18,897 bases of DNA. Source: Promethearchaeota archaeon (GTDB lineage: Archaea > Asgardarchaeota > Lokiarchaeia > Sigyniarchaeales > SOKP01). This document shows, one piece after another, positions 16,700 to 18,897 of this stretch. The stretch is taken from positions 5,102 to 23,998 of the forward strand of contig JAHPZE010000045.1 of NCBI GenBank assembly GCA_019058365.1, written 5' to 3'. The number at the start of each line of letters is the position of its first letter. Position 1 is the first letter of the stretch. The position numbers were made by a program, and so were the translations under genes. The notes under the pieces were generated by a model. That model made no database searches. It saw only the letters and a list, made by a program, of their open reading frames with translations, and was not told the DNA's origin.

Positions 16700-16951
16700 A
16701 TGGCTCAAGCAATAAGGAATAAAGAAATAAGAAAAAATTGTATTGATGTTGAAAAGGTTATCTTGGAATGTCATTGTGAATTTAAAACGGAAAAAATTAG
16801 GAGGAAAATAGAGCCAATTACGACAAAGAAATTTAATAAAAAACTTTTTAAATATTCCTCGAAATATGATGCAGATCATCGAAAAGAATTAATTCCTGTT
16901 AATCAGGTTAAACAGAATTTAGTCTTCAAGAATTACATGGTATATTATTAA
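16700..16951 (+). CDS. Small basic hypothetical protein
   Basis: 83-aa ORF with SD-like GAGGT before the ATG; no recognisable family. Confidence 0.6.
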   Translation: MAQAIRNKEIRKNCIDVEKVILECHCEFKTEKIRRKIEPITTKKFNKKLFKYSSKYDADHRKELIPVNQVKQNLVFKNYMVYY

Positions 16952-16986
16952 AACTATAAACAATAAAAAAGAAAAAGGTTAAAAAA

Positions 16987-17064
16987 ATGAGAAGAAAACA
17001 CGAACCAATGATTATTATAAATAGTAATACCATCGGCTATAATCGTCCATTTATTAATTATTAA
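16987..17064 (+). CDS. Candidate 25-aa microprotein MRRKHEPMIIINSNTIGYNRPFINY
   Basis: ATG preceded by AAAGGTT plus an A-run like other starts in the window; followed by a T-run. Confidence 0.35.
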   Translation: MRRKHEPMIIINSNTIGYNRPFINY

Positions 17065-17233
17065 ATTTTTTTCATATTTTTATGAGAATACGATAATGAG
17101 TACATCACGATAACCAATCATTTTATATCATCACTAAATAAAATTCTTTTCCATTTCCGTAAAGAATTGTAACAAAAAAGTACGGGCGAGACTCTAACTC
17201 GCCTATAATTTTTTTAAAGAAGAGTGAAGAAGT

Positions 17234-17416
17234 ATGGAAGTAAAAAAAAAGAAAATTATAAGAAATTGTCATTGTCCCAATTGTAATAGTATGTATATTA
17301 TAATTGATAATGAAATTATTTCTTGTCCTGGATGTGAATTATCTTTAAAAAACAATGAATTATTCATCTATGAAGATGAGGATGACAGAAAAGAAATAGT
17401 TCGATATCAAACTTAA
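17234..17416 (+). CDS. Small CPxC zinc-finger/zinc-ribbon protein
   Basis: CPNC-x13-CPGC with basic N-terminus and acidic C-terminal patch. Confidence 0.7.
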   Translation: MEVKKKKIIRNCHCPNCNSMYIIIDNEIISCPGCELSLKNNELFIYEDEDDRKEIVRYQT

Positions 17417-17507
17417 AGTTCAATAAAAGTTCATCTACTTAATCTATATATAAAAAGAGCGATTTAGAAATATTAAAAATGAAGATTAGTAAAAAAGGTA
17501 AACATAA

Positions 17508-18821
17508 ATGGAAGATGTAATTAGTAAAAAATCTTTTTGGCACTATATGTATTTCTTGCTTGGACAACAATTCTCAATGTTAGGCTCAATGATAGTTGGT
17601 TTTGTTATTACGTGGTACATGGCATCTAACGTTATTTATCTTTCAATTTCAGTATTTTTGATGTTTCTACCACAAATTCTCGTTACTCCATTTTCTGGAG
17701 TAATTTCAGATCGATGGAACAAAAAAGCAATTATTGCAATATCAGATTCGATACAAGCAGGGTTAACATTCTTGCTTTTCATATTTTTTCTTTTGGATAT
17801 TCAAAATATCGTGTTTATTCTTACAATAAATACATTTAGAGCAGCGTCATATGCATTTCAGCTACCGGCAGTTCAATCTTTAATCCCTGTGATGGTTCCA
17901 AGAGATAACTTAAGCAGAGTTAATGGGATGAATTTTTTGAGTTCTGGACTAATTTACAGTGTAGGACCAATGATAGCAGCTACTCTTATGGCTTTTATTC
18001 CAAAAACAGAAATGATCTTTCTTCTCGATATCATTACTTTTGCTATTGCTATGATCCCCTTACTTATAATAAAAATTCCAAAAATACCCAAAACTACTGA
18101 AGAAGCAGTAAAGAAATCAATGTTTAAAGACTTTAAAACGGGATTATTAACAATTAAAATGATTCCTGGATTATTTGCTATGATTGGATTCGCTATGATA
18201 TGGAATTTTATTTCGCGACCTTGGACTGTTTTATTACCCAATTTTATATATGACACTCATGGAGGTACTGCTTTAGAGCTTGCATTGATAATGACAGTGA
18301 GTCAAGTTGGAAACATAGTAGGATCTATAATTACTTCACTTAAGAAAACTTGGAAGCATAAAATTAAAATTAATATCATTGGAGGATCGTTATTTTTTAT
18401 ATGTCAAATACCCGCAATTCTTGCTCCTAAGGGGAATTTTATTATTATGATGATATCTCTCTTTCCAGCATGGGTACTTTTTCCGATTACAGTTTCCACA
18501 TACTTAGCAATATTACAGACAGTTGTTTCAAAAGACAAAATAGGTAGAATAATGTCAATTGACCACATGATTTCTATGGCAATAGCTCCAATAGGCGCAC
18601 TTATTGCAGGACCTTTAGCAATATTAATGGGAATAAGATCTCTATTTCTTATCGCTGCGATTCTTGGAATAATCCAACCTTTTATTATTTGGTTTTTCAC
18701 AAAAATAAGACAGCTTGAAGTCATTGAACAAGAAATAATGATGAAATCAGAAGAAGTGGAAAAAGTTGAAGAAATAACACAACCTACAGAAGTAATTCAA
18801 GTTATAGAACCAATAGAATAA
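17508..18821 (+). CDS. MFS transporter, MefA/DHA3 macrolide-efflux-like
   Basis: About 12 TM; GQQFSMLGS, motif A GVISDRWNKK, PAVQSLIPVMVPRDNLSRVNG, LQTVVSKDKIGRIMS; acidic tail. Substrate unknown. Confidence 0.9.
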   Translation: MEDVISKKSFWHYMYFLLGQQFSMLGSMIVGFVITWYMASNVIYLSISVFLMFLPQILVTPFSGVISDRWNKKAIIAISDSIQAGLTFLLFIFFLLDIQNIVFILTINTFRAASYAFQLPAVQSLIPVMVPRDNLSRVNGMNFLSSGLIYSVGPMIAATLMAFIPKTEMIFLLDIITFAIAMIPLLIIKIPKIPKTTEEAVKKSMFKDFKTGLLTIKMIPGLFAMIGFAMIWNFISRPWTVLLPNFIYDTHGGTALELALIMTVSQVGNIVGSIITSLKKTWKHKIKINIIGGSLFFICQIPAILAPKGNFIIMMISLFPAWVLFPITVSTYLAILQTVVSKDKIGRIMSIDHMISMAIAPIGALIAGPLAILMGIRSLFLIAAILGIIQPFIIWFFTKIRQLEVIEQEIMMKSEEVEKVEEITQPTEVIQVIEPIE

Positions 18822-18892
18822 TTTTTCTTTCTTTTTTTATTGCAGTATCTAATGAAGTATTTATTTATCTTTAATTTTTTATTTTTTTTATT
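18822..18892 (+). terminator. Oligo-T archaeal-type terminator region
   Basis: Several T-runs immediately after the MFS stop codon. Confidence 0.5.
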
Positions 18893-18897
18893 CCGAC

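Noticed and set aside
17075-17134. Possible C/D-box sRNA on the minus strand (GTGATGA ... ATGA ... GTGATGT ... CTCA)
   Set aside because: Terminal box is CTCA rather than CTGA and the first guide would be only about 6 nt.
868-18724. Short ORFs 868-1074, 4038-4385, 4470-4709, 8245-8544, 10560-10742, 12647-12868, 16658-16879, 17954-18256, 18404-18724
   Set aside because: All lie antisense to better-supported genes and have no recognisable motifs.

Overview
AT-rich chromosomal window of an archaeon, most likely Asgard/Lokiarchaeia. This is an inference from the BHB-type tRNA introns, the COG1340-like coiled coil, and the style of the Ig-repeat surface protein and wHTH-TPR proteins. In order it holds: the 3' part of a large Ig-repeat surface glycoprotein, an archaeal coiled-coil protein, a Cys-rich exported protein, an HhH-repeat/helical protein followed by a membrane wHTH protein, and a tandem tRNA-Thr(GGT)/tRNA-Met(CAT) pair with three short introns at apparently non-canonical positions and atypical T-loops. 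Next come a YhhN lysoplasmalogenase-like gene, a DUF3795/PNPOx-like/MarR operon with a visible tandem operator, and a same-strand cluster of zinc-ribbon membrane protein, NfeD/YqiJ-like protein with a long Asp-His repeat loop, flotillin/SPFH protein and beta-carbonic anhydrase with an unusual basic repeat tail. The window ends with an RHH regulator, a double-wHTH/TPR protein, several small ORFs and an MFS exporter. No mobile element or CRISPR array was seen. The best candidate for an undescribed system is the His/Asp-loop NfeD + flotillin + carbonic anhydrase cluster (a hypothetical Zn/pH membrane microdomain). All assignments come from motif recognition by eye; no searches were run.
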